Source: an uncultured virus (IMG/VR IMGVR_UViG_3300044513_002407) (taxonomy: Duplodnaviria > Heunggongvirae > Uroviricota > Caudoviricetes). From it: a DNA stretch of 64,000 bases. The notes under the pieces are model-generated. The model did not search any database. It was not told the DNA's origin and was given only the letters and a program-made list of their open reading frames with translations. The position numbers and the translations under genes were made by a program. The DNA lies in IMG/VR virus record IMGVR_UViG_3300044513_002407; one strand, written 5' to 3'. Positions 47,161-57,997 of the stretch are shown here, in pieces. Every line of letters begins with the position of its first letter. The stretch's first letter is position 1.

Positions 47161-50100
47161 TTACGTTAAAATGGATTGAGAAACTACCTTGATGGTATAA
47201 ACAACTGTTGAAGATCCAGTTACATCAACAATATTTGCTACAATATTATTGGTGCCACTAACAATATCAACTGCAACATCTACCAATAGGTCACTTGTAT
47301 ATATCTTGTTACTTTCTGTGTAGAAAATATCACTTCCATCGGATGCTAATAAGAAAGATATTTCAGAATATTGTCTTCTTGGTGTTGGTGAATCATCATA
47401 AATTTCAAACATGACTTTTCCAGAATGTGCAGGATATCTAGAATTGATTGAATCATATTCTGAAATTATAATATTAACTGAATTGCCAACTGAGGTGTCA
47501 ATTGTACCTTCTCCTGAAGTTACTCTTGTATCAGCAAGAGTAAATTTCTTAAGGTCATATTCAAATACAGTCACATACGATTCTGTTTGAGAACTATATG
47601 ATGTATTTACTCCGAAAGATCCGTTAGAAGAAAGTTTGATTAATGATTCGTCTGCAGCACCTCTAAATCCAAGTTTAAAATCAGATGCCGCACTAAGAAT
47701 TGTAGATACTGAAGAATCACCAAATGCAATGATGCTACCATTAACTCTAAGTTCTTCTAGGGATAGAGAGTATACTTTGGAAGTGATGGTAACATCACCA
47801 TAGATAGTTCTAACCCAATCTAAATCAACAGTGCCATTTGTAGCACTTCCTGTAGTATGACTTGGGAAGTTTGCTGGATCTGCATCAAATGTTCCAGATG
47901 AAGTTACAGAGTATACATTATCTCCATAATAGTATAATACTGGTTGAGGATTAACCTTAGTCAAACTATGAGTTGTTCCCGATCCAGTACCAACCAAATC
48001 TACATATGTTTGTGTTGCAAGATCAGCAGTAGATCCTGCAAGTTGAATAGTGTTTTCATCTACAACATGAACAAAATAGTTAACACCGTCAACAAGATTT
48101 GTAATATCAGAACCACCACCATTAGAATACGTTACTTCTTGCTCTTCAATAAATGTATGAGCAGTAAAAAGAATCGTGTCTGCAGTATCGTCTACTGTTG
48201 TAGATGGATCAAATACAATAGGATCTGTTGGTGCTACTACAGAAGTTCCCTCTACCCAAAGGAAAACATTATTTAAATTTGTATGCCTATGTTGGGTTAA
48301 GTTATTAAACTCTGCAAAATTGGTTCCAATCTTTTGAACATTAATTCCACCCGCAAAGAACTCAAGAACATCATCGTCTTCACCAGGAGCAGTTTCGGGT
48401 CTAATAAATGTATCTAAGTCAACGTCACGTACACCACCGAGAGAAACAAAGGCAGAACCATTATTACCCTCAAAAATATTCTCCTCACTATTAAATCGAA
48501 TTGTTCCTGCTACAGCAGAAGGTCTTTGATCAGTAGTTCCTCTTGGTAAAATAATACCAGAAGTTCCACCAAATTCTACAAATCCATTTACGCCAGAATT
48601 AATAACTAGATTTCCAGGAACACTTCTAGAAATAGTATTGCCAGAAACACTAACTTCATTAAGAAGAGATGTTCCGCCAGTTACTTCTAATTGTTTAGAC
48701 GTAATTTTACCATCAGAAGTATCAATTTGAATAGTATTTTCAGAAAGTAATGTAGATACATTGAGTCCAAACTCAATGCCTACAGGACTATAGAAATCTA
48801 AAATTGCAGTTCCATTAGCAACCGAACCAGTTGTATGTGATGGAGCAGGATCTGCTAAAACTCCACCAGTGCTTACAAAGTAAATATTATTTCCACTTAA
48901 AATATAATTACCAGTGGCAGCTGTAAGACCATTTTCGTAATCAATTGTAGTTGGTCTGAAGGTATCTGGTAATCTGAGGATGTCTCCTACCTCATAACCA
49001 TTTCCAGTATCAGTGAGTTCTACAAAAGAAACTGATCCAGAATTTCCAACAACTACTCTAAATTCTGTAGTTGGAGTAGTTGTTGGAGTTGGAGTTCCAA
49101 ATGGATCCAAATACTGCATATCAGCAGTTGCAACATAAAGAGTTTGACCTGCCTGATAATTTTCATCACCAGGATTAGTCACATAGAACTGAGTTACTTC
49201 TCCACTCTCAACTAAAATAAATGCTGTTGCTCCAGTTCCTTCTACACCAGCAGTTCCAGTAGATGCAACATCAACAGAGAATCCAGCACCAGTAGATACT
49301 GTCGATGCATTAAATGCAAGTCCACTACCAACAGTCGCATTACCTACTGTAATTACTCCAACCATTGCGGTTGGATGATTTTCGCAAATGTAGTAATAAG
49401 TTCCAGGACCAGCATCAAGTGCTGCAGTATCAAAGAAAAGAGTGCCAGTTTCAGTTCCCTGACCAGTTACAGATGAAACATCATATTGTGCATCATATGA
49501 TCCACCTGGACCAAGTTGTGATACGATATGAATAGGATGTCCAGTGGCATTTACATTAAGTGTAATTGTATCTCCTTCAGTAACTGAAAGTGATGGATCA
49601 TTTCCAGTAATGTCACCTGTAAATACATAATCAGTAGATCCATTATTAGTAACTGATGCTGTTAATGTTTGAGTGGGATTTAATAAAGAACTTAAAATTG
49701 TAAATTGATCAGTAGTTGTATATCCACCTCCACCATTGTTGACAGTAATATTTGTTACTGTTCCACTGGTAACAGTAACGTCAACAGTACCATTAGATCC
49801 ATTTGATGAAATATTTTGAATTGGAAGATTCGTATAGTTTCCATCATAGTAACTTCCTCCACCATTAATAATAGTAACTGTTTGAAGAACACTACCACCA
49901 ACATTTTCTGGATCAACGGTCAATCCAGTATCTGTATTTGAATATCCAGAACCGCCAGCATTTACAACTAAATTGGTTACGGAACCGCCACTGATAGTAA
50001 AATCAGCAGTAAGACCAACACCAGATCCACCAAATAAATCTACATTAGTATAGTTTCCATCAACATAACCAGATCCACCTGAAAGATTAGTAAATCCTGT

Positions 50101-53100
50101 TACATTTCCTCCAGGTGGAACTGCATATGAAAGAGGTACATTGATGTATTCAGCATCACTATACCCAGCACCTGGATTTGTTAATGTAGTACCAAACGCA
50201 ATGGTTACATTACCAATAGCTCCACCGCCAGTTCCTGCCTGGAATTCAACATCATTATAAACTCCTGTGACGTATTCAGATCCGTTAGTTAGAGTAAATT
50301 CATCAATAGATGAAGAATCAAATTGAAGATCTTTATGGAACGTTGATGTTGATCCATTTAAAGATACAATTTTACCTGTGGACGATGTAACACCTAAATT
50401 ATTATCTGTACCATCATTATACTGATAAAGACCTAAACGTTCATCATCTTGGAAAGTAATATCAGGAGCATCAACTGCACCTGAAGAAGATTTATAGGTT
50501 CCCGTTACTTTTACATTACCAACAACTTCAAGTTTTTCTCCAATCTCCCCAACAACTGGAGGATCTACAGATTCATCAACTGTTGGTTCTACACCAATAC
50601 CTACTTTAGCATCTGTAAGAGTTGCAATATAAGTGCTATTACTTACTTTTGCTTTACCATCAACTTCAAAGTTAAAGAAAGAACTATCAGTATTGACTGT
50701 TACATACTTAAAGTTATCATCGTCTACCTTAGCACTAAAATTAGTATAAGTTATTACATTTTCGGGATCAGTATCGTCAGACCAAGTTTGAACAATATTA
50801 CCAGTTGTTTGTAAAGCACTCTGGTTTACAACAGTATTTGCAACAAGAGTTCCTGCAGTAAGAACATTAGTAACAGTTGCATTATTGGAAACATTTAAGT
50901 TTCCAGTAATATTAGTTGATCCAAAATTAGACGCTCCTGAAATATCAATAGATGGTGCGTTAATATTTGAACCTGTAATTGTAGTGCTCTGTCCATCGTT
51001 AAGTCCAACAACTTGAATTTGAGCACCAGTGCCATAATTAGATCCAATGGTTGCACTATTGCCCATTCCAGGTTGACTGGAACTATAATAGTAAATGGTG
51101 GTTGGCAGAGTTACTGTAAGAACATCCCCAGAAGATAAATTACTTGTAGTGCCTGTTTGGGTATCTAAAGTAATTACATTACCTGAAATTGCAGAAATAC
51201 TAAAAGTGCCAGCACCTGTAATAGATCCACCAGCAGTTGCTCTACTTGCGTCTTTTACTGTAATATCAATAGATCCCGCAGGGAATGAACCATCAACTAC
51301 AACTTCTACAGTTGGAGAATCAATTACTAATTGAACTCCAAGGGAATCTTGAAGAGTATTTCTAAGTGCAGTGTATGGAACATTATTTCCACTATCTGTA
51401 GAGAATAATAGTGGATATGTTCCAAATGTATTTCCATCTTGGAAAATAAAATTATATACTGTATTTCTTAGTAAACTAAGAGCGGGATTGTTAACTGGAG
51501 TTGCAGTTGGACCATCTGCAATGGTAAACACATATGTTCCACCACCCGTATCTACTGCATCAACATAGTAATTTACTGTACGTAAAATACCACTGACTGC
51601 ATCATTAGTGGTGCTAACTTTGACATCTGGAGTTACTATATCATTTTCTACATAATCTGCACCACTATTAGTAATTTCAACTGTAGAAATTGCACCAGCA
51701 GAAGATAGTGTATATACAAATCCTGATCCAGGAGTTGTATTTAATCCAATGGTATCTCCTGCTTGATATCCAGTACCTAACCAATTAGCAACTGCAGTGA
51801 TTCCAGTTACTACACCTGGACCATACCCTTCTTGGTTTGCTTGGATTTCAAACTGAAATCCAGACCCACCACTAGTTTGTGGGGGATCTCCATATACTAA
51901 ATTAGAATTATTTACAGTGAGAATATCATTAATTGCATACCCAACCCCACTATTAACAAATACTACTTCTGATACTTCTCCAGCAGTAATAGTGAGATTT
52001 GCAGTTGCTCCAAGACCACTTCCAGTCGTTTGAAGAGGAACTGCATTATAAGTTCCATCAACATATCCAGATCCACCTTGAGTGATAACGCCAGAAATTC
52101 CAGTAACAGTAGCATTTACTACACCACCAGTTCCAGATCCACTGGTTGTTAATGGAATATCTGTTAGCTGCCCTGTAGTGTAACCACTACCACCATTGGT
52201 AATAGTGCCACCAAATGCTGTAGTGGTAATTGTTGCTGCAGCACCAGTTCCAGAACCACCAGAAAGAGGAACATTTGTGAAAGTTCCAGGTGGATATTGA
52301 GAACCAACTGGACTTACTGAAATATCAGCTTGATCTTGACCAATACCAATTGAAATAAAGTTAGAAGTAGTATATGTGTTTACCGCTTCTGGAGAAACTC
52401 TAACTTTTTCTGCACCATTGGAGATTAAACTAAATTCACCATCTGCAAGAGGTTGAGTTCTAGCAATACCAGTATCATTATCATTAGTAAATGCTAATGA
52501 TGGAACATCATATGTACCATTTGCGAGAAGAAGACGCTTATCTACTTGTACACTACTACCACCAGGAGCATCAAGAATTAAGTTACCAAGAGTAGATTCT
52601 AAAGTATTACCCGAAAGTAAAAGATTACCTAGGCTGATGCTGGTAGGGAGAATAGTAGTAGTATTACCAGTACCAGTAACAATTAACTGGTCAAAGGTTG
52701 TACCGCCACCAGAAGTTCCACCAACGAACGATACAGTGCCATTTTCTTGATCTACAAAGAATGCATTACCTACACGGAAATCTCCGTTTTGGTCCATACT
52801 GGTGAAGAGTGCTCTACCACCATTAGATTCAATAATTTCATTTGCTTGATTTACATTAGAGATGTCATTAGAAATATCATCTCCAACTCCAACATAACCA
52901 AAGTTATGAACAATACAACGTAATCTTACACCTTTACCATCTGCAGTAATACCACGCTCACCATATACGGATGCAGAACCAATAGAACGCAGTTCAGCAC
53001 CAAAGTCAGTGTAATCTGCAAGACCAATATATGCAGCAGTACCACCTGAAGATGAACGAATATCTTGAACAGAAACACTACCATCTAAAATATCGGTAGA

Positions 53101-54819
53101 TCCGTCAAGACCATTAAAGTGCAGTAAGAGTTGTGTGTTAGTATCAACAATAAACTCAGAAGTTGGAACTGTAAATGGAGTTGAAGTATATCGAGCAAGT
53201 CCCTTACTTACTCTAAACTCATCAATATTGCCTGTAAATGCATTAGATCCCCCAAAGTTAGCACCAATATACAGTGCTCTTGATGATCCTAAATCATTAG
53301 AATCTGCTGCAGATCCTCTTTCAACACCATCTACATAAATCTTAGTTGTTGATGAATTACGAACAACTGCAACATGGGTCCAAGTATTAATACTAACCGT
53401 AGTGCCACCAGAAGTTACAATGTCACTACCACCAACTGCATATCGTACTTGACCGTTATCGAGATACAAACGACCAGCACTATCTCCAGCAGAACTTCTG
53501 CTATCGTAAATATGTAAAGTTCCAGTTACTGTTGTTGGGCGAATCCATCCCTCTACAGTAAAATCACTAGTACCAAAACCGAAATCGGAAGATCCTGCTA
53601 ATGAAAGGTAATCTCCAGAACCATCAAGTAGTAAAGATGCTGTACCAAAGTATTTGATATCAGTATCTAACTGAGCATCACCAATTGCAGTAACTAATTT
53701 TCCAGTAGTATCTGCTTCTGCTTCAACAAATTGACCAGTACCTTGACCATCGATATAAACATAAGTCCCATCATTAGAATCAATTGTGCCACTCGCAAGC
53801 ACAGTTGTTCCATCAGTATCATAATATGTAATTGTATCGGAAGCATTGAATGTTCCAAGTACATTATTCAATTTTAATCTGGTTTTTCCTGCTCCTTTGA
53901 AACCAGATCCTCCAGGGTTTTCCCCTAAAATACTATCAGATGCAAAGTACGTGAATGAGTTTAACCACTCACTACGAGCACCATTTTTGAGATACAGACC
54001 TACTGAATTGGGTACAACAAATGTACACTCGTTAAACAGCAGTGCTGCTTCATCAGAAGATGCATTAACAACTGATCCGTCTACTAAGGCACCTCTACCA
54101 GCGTCTCCAGCAGCGTATCCACGAGGATCAGACCCCGAAGTAGCACTACCCTTAGTAATTACGCTACAACGCTGAATATAAGGTCTTCTACCGTCAGCAG
54201 AAACTGAATATGTTGATTTTAATCTAAATGCATATCCAGTATCATTTGTAGAATTATAATAGAAATCATTTACACAGAGATCCTCAATATTACAATCACC
54301 TTCAATTAAAAATGCATCTTGATCATTTGTAGGTACTGTAGGTTTAATAAATGTTGATTTTAACCCAGCACCTTTAATTGAAATTCCGACAGGAACTGTT
54401 AATGGAAAAATTTCGTCAAACGTTCCTGCTGAAACTAAAATCGTATCACCAGATTGAGCATAATTATCCAAACAATACTTTAAAGTTTGAAAAGCAGTGC
54501 TTGGAGTTTTACCCCAAGCATTTGCTCCTGTAGTTTCCCCATGTCTAGGATTTACAGAACCAAGTGTTGCCTTGTCTGTTCCATTTTTTGAAACATACCA
54601 GGTGTTTCCAACTCCATCTGTAATGGAACTTGAAAACATGGAAGGAACGATTTTTTCATCGTTCGGATCCGCATTGGCAATCTCCTCGATAGTACCCGCA
54701 TTGTTGACAAATAGGGTTCTATCGACAATATTAAGGGCGACTTCCTTATCTGTAAGATCAGAAGTCGTCGGAGCTGAGTTCGGAGTTAGGGATCTCTTTA
54801 ACTTGATTCTGCTTGCCAT
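47161..54819 (-). CDS. Giant tail fibre / virion structural protein (2552 aa) with LamG and cupredoxin-like domains
   Basis: MASRIKLKRS, WYVSKNG, PYIQRCSVIT, LamG (DFTVEGW..WTHVAVVR..IDEFRVSKG), GSGY repeats, LPRGTTDQRP...IRFN, GHP...YYYICENHPTAM. Confidence 0.88.
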   Translation of the reverse strand: MASRIKLKRSLTPNSAPTTSDLTDKEVALNIVDRTLFVNNAGTIEEIANADPNDEKIVPSMFSSSITDGVGNTWYVSKNGTDKATLGSVNPRHGETTGANAWGKTPSTAFQTLKYCLDNYAQSGDTILVSAGTFDEIFPLTVPVGISIKGAGLKSTFIKPTVPTNDQDAFLIEGDCNIEDLCVNDFYYNSTNDTGYAFRLKSTYSVSADGRRPYIQRCSVITKGSATSGSDPRGYAAGDAGRGALVDGSVVNASSDEAALLFNECTFVVPNSVGLYLKNGARSEWLNSFTYFASDSILGENPGGSGFKGAGKTRLKLNNVLGTFNASDTITYYDTDGTTVLASGTIDSNDGTYVYIDGQGTGQFVEAEADTTGKLVTAIGDAQLDTDIKYFGTASLLLDGSGDYLSLAGSSDFGFGTSDFTVEGWIRPTTVTGTLHIYDSRSSAGDSAGRLYLDNGQVRYAVGGSDIVTSGGTTVSINTWTHVAVVRNSSTTKIYVDGVERGSAADSNDLGSSRALYIGANFGGSNAFTGNIDEFRVSKGLARYTSTPFTVPTSEFIVDTNTQLLLHFNGLDGSTDILDGSVSVQDIRSSSGGTAAYIGLADYTDFGAELRSIGSASVYGERGITADGKGVRLRCIVHNFGYVGVGDDISNDISNVNQANEIIESNGGRALFTSMDQNGDFRVGNAFFVDQENGTVSFVGGTSGGGTTFDQLIVTGTGNTTTILPTSISLGNLLLSGNTLESTLGNLILDAPGGSSVQVDKRLLLANGTYDVPSLAFTNDNDTGIARTQPLADGEFSLISNGAEKVRVSPEAVNTYTTSNFISIGIGQDQADISVSPVGSQYPPGTFTNVPLSGGSGTGAAATITTTAFGGTITNGGSGYTTGQLTDIPLTTSGSGTGGVVNATVTGISGVITQGGSGYVDGTYNAVPLQTTGSGLGATANLTITAGEVSEVVFVNSGVGYAINDILTVNNSNLVYGDPPQTSGGSGFQFEIQANQEGYGPGVVTGITAVANWLGTGYQAGDTIGLNTTPGSGFVYTLSSAGAISTVEITNSGADYVENDIVTPDVKVSTTNDAVSGILRTVNYYVDAVDTGGGTYVFTIADGPTATPVNNPALSLLRNTVYNFIFQDGNTFGTYPLLFSTDSGNNVPYTALRNTLQDSLGVQLVIDSPTVEVVVDGSFPAGSIDITVKDASRATAGGSITGAGTFSISAISGNVITLDTQTGTTSNLSSGDVLTVTLPTTIYYYSSSQPGMGNSATIGSNYGTGAQIQVVGLNDGQSTTITGSNINAPSIDISGASNFGSTNITGNLNVSNNATVTNVLTAGTLVANTVVNQSALQTTGNIVQTWSDDTDPENVITYTNFSAKVDDDNFKYVTVNTDSSFFNFEVDGKAKVSNSTYIATLTDAKVGIGVEPTVDESVDPPVVGEIGEKLEVVGNVKVTGTYKSSSGAVDAPDITFQDDERLGLYQYNDGTDNNLGVTSSTGKIVSLNGSTSTFHKDLQFDSSSIDEFTLTNGSEYVTGVYNDVEFQAGTGGGAIGNVTIAFGTTLTNPGAGYSDAEYINVPLSYAVPPGGNVTGFTNLSGGSGYVDGNYTNVDLFGGSGVGLTADFTISGGSVTNLVVNAGGSGYSNTDTGLTVDPENVGGSVLQTVTIINGGGSYYDGNYTNLPIQNISSNGSNGTVDVTVTSGTVTNITVNNGGGGYTTTDQFTILSSLLNPTQTLTASVTNNGSTDYVFTGDITGNDPSLSVTEGDTITLNVNATGHPIHIVSQLGPGGSYDAQYDVSSVTGQGTETGTLFFDTAALDAGPGTYYYICENHPTAMVGVITVGNATVGSGLAFNASTVSTGAGFSVDVASTGTAGVEGTGATAFILVESGEVTQFYVTNPGDENYQAGQTLYVATADMQYLDPFGTPTPTTTPTTEFRVVVGNSGSVSFVELTDTGNGYEVGDILRLPDTFRPTTIDYENGLTAATGNYILSGNNIYFVSTGGVLADPAPSHTTGSVANGTAILDFYSPVGIEFGLNVSTLLSENTIQIDTSDGKITSKQLEVTGGTSLLNEVSVSGNTISRSVPGNLVINSGVNGFVEFGGTSGIILPRGTTDQRPSAVAGTIRFNSEENIFEGNNGSAFVSLGGVRDVDLDTFIRPETAPGEDDDVLEFFAGGINVQKIGTNFAEFNNLTQHRHTNLNNVFLWVEGTSVVAPTDPIVFDPSTTVDDTADTILFTAHTFIEEQEVTYSNGGGSDITNLVDGVNYFVHVVDENTIQLAGSTADLATQTYVDLVGTGSGTTHSLTKVNPQPVLYYYGDNVYSVTSSGTFDADPANFPSHTTGSATNGTVDLDWVRTIYGDVTITSKVYSLSLEELRVNGSIIAFGDSSVSTILSAASDFKLGFRGAADESLIKLSSNGSFGVNTSYSSQTESYVTVFEYDLKKFTLADTRVTSGEGTIDTSVGNSVNIIISEYDSINSRYPAHSGKVMFEIYDDSPTPRRQYSEISFLLASDGSDIFYTESNKIYTSDLLVDVAVDIVSGTNNIVANIVDVTGSSTVVYTIKVVSQSILT

Positions 54820-54967
54820 TTATAGCATTCTCTGTTTCTATAATACTATTTAACCGATTTGATAAATCTTTATTTCTCGCCTCTAATACAATATTTGTAA
54901 GAGTCAAGTCAGTTACCTTCTTTTGGAGGGTAGCGATAAGGACATTTACATCTAATTCATTGTTCAT
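54758..54967 (-). CDS. Small coiled-coil hypothetical protein
   Basis: ELDVNVLI..LQKKV..L...NIVLEAR; GAGG RBS. Confidence 0.75.
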   Translation of the reverse strand: MNNELDVNVLIATLQKKVTDLTLTNIVLEARNKDLSNRLNSIIETENAINGKQNQVKEIPNSELSSDDF

Positions 54968-54976
54968 TGATTAACC

Positions 54977-57205
54977 TCAGGTGAATGTTCCCCCATCAAT
55001 CGTATCAGTCCAGACGGGGACCCCAGCAGCAGTTACTGTCAGGATCTGGAATGATGTGGCAACGTCAGGACCAACGCCTGGGTTTGCCATATTTGCAGCA
55101 GCGGTCTCTAAGAGTTCGCCAGCGCCATTACCATAAAGAATACCTTTGCTATTAAACTCAGATCTTCCAGTACCACCATGCTTAACAGCAAGATCAACAT
55201 CAAGTTCAAGATCGCCCAGTAAAACTGTGCCTCTCGAAACTGTGATAGCAGTTACTCTTAACTGGAGATCATCTACACCAGCAACACCCCCAATCAAATT
55301 GCCAGTAATGGTTAGCAGGTCACCTTCTTGATAGTAGGTTCCATTGCCAGTAATGGTAATATTACCAATTAAGATAGCACCTGCTGCATCTCTAGCAACA
55401 GTAACTTCAAGACCAGAACCTTGCCCACCAGTTGGGTTGAGATTGGTATATATTTGATTTGCTGCACCTACAAGAGTAGTTGATACTTCATAATCAAGAT
55501 CACCCTGTTCAATCTTAACAGATTGTACAGCACCAAAAGTATGAGTGAAGATGTTATTAGTATTAGTAGCATCCTCAATAAAGGTGAATGCCCCTAAACC
55601 ATCTTCACCAGCAGTTCTATCAAAACCAAAGAAACCTTGTTTGATGGTAGAACCGTTGTGGTATGAATATTGAATACCACGATCCATTCCATCATTGGAT
55701 CCCTGGGTTACACTAACATAATCTCCTGTGGAACCAGCACTAGAAAGACCACCACTAAGATTTAATGTAGTGGTTTCAAATACAGTTTGATTTGTTGCAT
55801 CTTTTACGAGATCAACTGCTTGTGGCGTTCCAGTATTACCATCTGTAAGTTGACCACCTTCATAGAAAGCACTTTCTCTTAAAGAAAGAGCAGAAAGTAA
55901 AGTGATTCTTACAGTAGATGCAGTTTGTGTTTGGAATGTACCAATCTGCTGATATACACCACCATCATAATGGTAAACTGGATCCCCAATAGAAGGAGCA
56001 CTGCTAAATCCAGAAGCAGTATGGAATACTACTTCAATTGAAGTGATATTTCTTCCACCAGATCCTACAAAGTCACCAGTGACCAAACCACCAGTAGCAA
56101 TTCCACTAGGATTATCTACATTGATTGTAGTTGATGATGCCAGAGCATCTGCAGTCAATGCTTTTTCTGAAGTTGTATCGCCAATGTTGAATACAGGATC
56201 ATTGACTGTCATCTCAGTTGAGTTAACAGTTGTGGTTGTACCAGCGACTTGAAGGTTACCACGAATGATCAGATCACCAGCAGCATCACCACTTCTTGGG
56301 TCTGGGTCAAGAATTAACTGACTACCAGCGTTTGTGGAAATTGTATTTCCATCTAAACGAATATTATCAAGGTTAAACTGACCAGTTTGAGTAGTAGTAC
56401 CTGTTACAGTTTGGGTTCCAACAACAGTAACATCGGCGTTGAATGTTGTTGTTGATTCAACAGTTAAAATATCTGTTGCATCAGTACCAAGAGTTACATC
56501 ATTATCAACAACCATGTTGTCGATCCATGCAGTGGAGGCAACCCCAAGACCACCCGCAATCTTTACTGCACCAGTAGTATCACTGGTTGCATTAGTAGTA
56601 TCATTAAATTGAAGTGCAACTCCATTATCAAAGGTCCAATCAGCACCATCTACTCTAACAGTATCGGTGTTTAATTCGTCATAACGAATGCCACCATCTC
56701 CGTCAGTACCAAACTGAATTTTGAGATCGTCATCTAAACGAAACTCAGGAGTGTTTACACCAACACGATCTAACCTAAGAACGTTTGCTACTTCATCAAA
56801 TCTAAATTCAATATCTCCAGTAGTACCGAACTCCAGTTCTTGACTGTCTTCTACTACAAGCTTACCTGTACCGTTTGCTCTGAAGATTAAATCAGTATCA
56901 GTAGTATCAGTTTCAACTACGTTAGCATCAATATTAACATCATCAACTCTAAATCTATCTACCTTTGAGTTACTATCTGTAATAACTCCTGAATCTGCTG
57001 TCAGCGTACCATGTACGTGATCCAGCATATCGGTGAAATACTTACCACCAATAACCTGAACAGTGGTATTATTATCACCAACAAAAACTCTATCGCCACG
57101 GTTAACCTGAGTACCAGCACCAACCGTTACTGCAAGTTCACCGAACTCTAGCGAAGCAGGTACTGTCGTACCCGTACTTCTTTTAATTAGGATGGTTGAT
57201 GCCAT
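54977..57205 (-). CDS. Tail fibre-like protein
   Basis: IKRSTG..P..L..GELA, GNLQVAGTTTTVNST, DRGI, GFFGFD, GGTG, W.DTIDGGTF. Confidence 0.85.
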   Translation of the reverse strand: MASTILIKRSTGTTVPASLEFGELAVTVGAGTQVNRGDRVFVGDNNTTVQVIGGKYFTDMLDHVHGTLTADSGVITDSNSKVDRFRVDDVNIDANVVETDTTDTDLIFRANGTGKLVVEDSQELEFGTTGDIEFRFDEVANVLRLDRVGVNTPEFRLDDDLKIQFGTDGDGGIRYDELNTDTVRVDGADWTFDNGVALQFNDTTNATSDTTGAVKIAGGLGVASTAWIDNMVVDNDVTLGTDATDILTVESTTTFNADVTVVGTQTVTGTTTQTGQFNLDNIRLDGNTISTNAGSQLILDPDPRSGDAAGDLIIRGNLQVAGTTTTVNSTEMTVNDPVFNIGDTTSEKALTADALASSTTINVDNPSGIATGGLVTGDFVGSGGRNITSIEVVFHTASGFSSAPSIGDPVYHYDGGVYQQIGTFQTQTASTVRITLLSALSLRESAFYEGGQLTDGNTGTPQAVDLVKDATNQTVFETTTLNLSGGLSSAGSTGDYVSVTQGSNDGMDRGIQYSYHNGSTIKQGFFGFDRTAGEDGLGAFTFIEDATNTNNIFTHTFGAVQSVKIEQGDLDYEVSTTLVGAANQIYTNLNPTGGQGSGLEVTVARDAAGAILIGNITITGNGTYYQEGDLLTITGNLIGGVAGVDDLQLRVTAITVSRGTVLLGDLELDVDLAVKHGGTGRSEFNSKGILYGNGAGELLETAAANMANPGVGPDVATSFQILTVTAAGVPVWTDTIDGGTFT

Positions 57206-57414
57206 CAGAATGATCCTCCGTTAACTGTTACGTTGTTTAATACATTTCCTGTTTGGAACTTTTGAGATGCTGAATCATAAATTAATAAGTATCCATCATC
57301 AAGTCCATTTGTCTGAGTATCAATATCTGCGAGATTTTGCAACGTCGCAGCACCACCAACAGCAACTCTAGAAACCTGGGGAAAATTTTGATCCCCAAAT
57401 CTAATTCTAGCCAT
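57205..57414 (-). CDS. Small fibre-associated protein
   Basis: L.NLADID...LDDGYLLIYD...KF...VNGGSF. Confidence 0.75.
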   Translation of the reverse strand: MARIRFGDQNFPQVSRVAVGGAATLQNLADIDTQTNGLDDGYLLIYDSASQKFQTGNVLNNVTVNGGSF

Positions 57415-57415
57415 T

Positions 57416-57754
57416 TTAGATAGTTACTCCTTCTACTACTGTTAACACGCCCTCAAGGACTCTAGATTTAATGTCATCTGGAGCAGTGAGAACTACATCA
57501 TAAACGTATTTACCAGGTGTCATGGCAGAAGTAACAGCATTGGATAAACTCAATTTCACTGCCCCTACAGCAGCAGGAGGAGTGATTTCAACTGTCATAT
57601 CTGTCGAGGTGCTACTTTCATAGTGCTTTTTAATTTTAGAAGCACCTGTATAGTTAGTCAAATCAAAACTTGAACCATTATCTTTTGTCACATAAAAAGT
57701 GGTCTCAAAGTCAGCGCCTTGATATACTACAAGATTTGTTACCGCAGATAACAT
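57416..57754 (-). CDS. Virion structural protein (Ig-like, baseplate-associated)
   Basis: NLVVYQGADF, DLTNYT..SKIKKH, GKYVYDVVL, RVLEG...V.EGVT; TATAAATA at 57778-57785. Confidence 0.8.
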   Translation of the reverse strand: MLSAVTNLVVYQGADFETTFYVTKDNGSSFDLTNYTGASKIKKHYESSTSTDMTVEITPPAAVGAVKLSLSNAVTSAMTPGKYVYDVVLTAPDDIKSRVLEGVLTVVEGVTI

Positions 57755-57772
57755 TACTGTGTTCCTACTTCA

Positions 57773-57997
57773 TCAAGTATTTATACTACTAGTTAATTTA
57801 AGTAGTAGTTCTTTGATCTCTGAGATTTCCTTCTTTAAATCTTTGACTTCATCTGCAGTAGTTTGAATTTGTTTCCTTTGTTGGGATTCTAAATTTCTCT
57901 GCTCGACGTATTTTTGGAAATCTGATTTATTTGTATTAATAATAGCACCTGTTACAGGGTCACGAACTAAATCTTTGTGACCCTCTACAGGAATCAT
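57773..57997 (-). CDS. Conserved hypothetical protein
   Basis: MIPVEGHKDLVRDPVTGAIINTN + coiled coil; ATGA-coupled to upstream gene. Confidence 0.8.
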   Translation of the reverse strand: MIPVEGHKDLVRDPVTGAIINTNKSDFQKYVEQRNLESQQRKQIQTTADEVKDLKKEISEIKELLLKLTSSINT

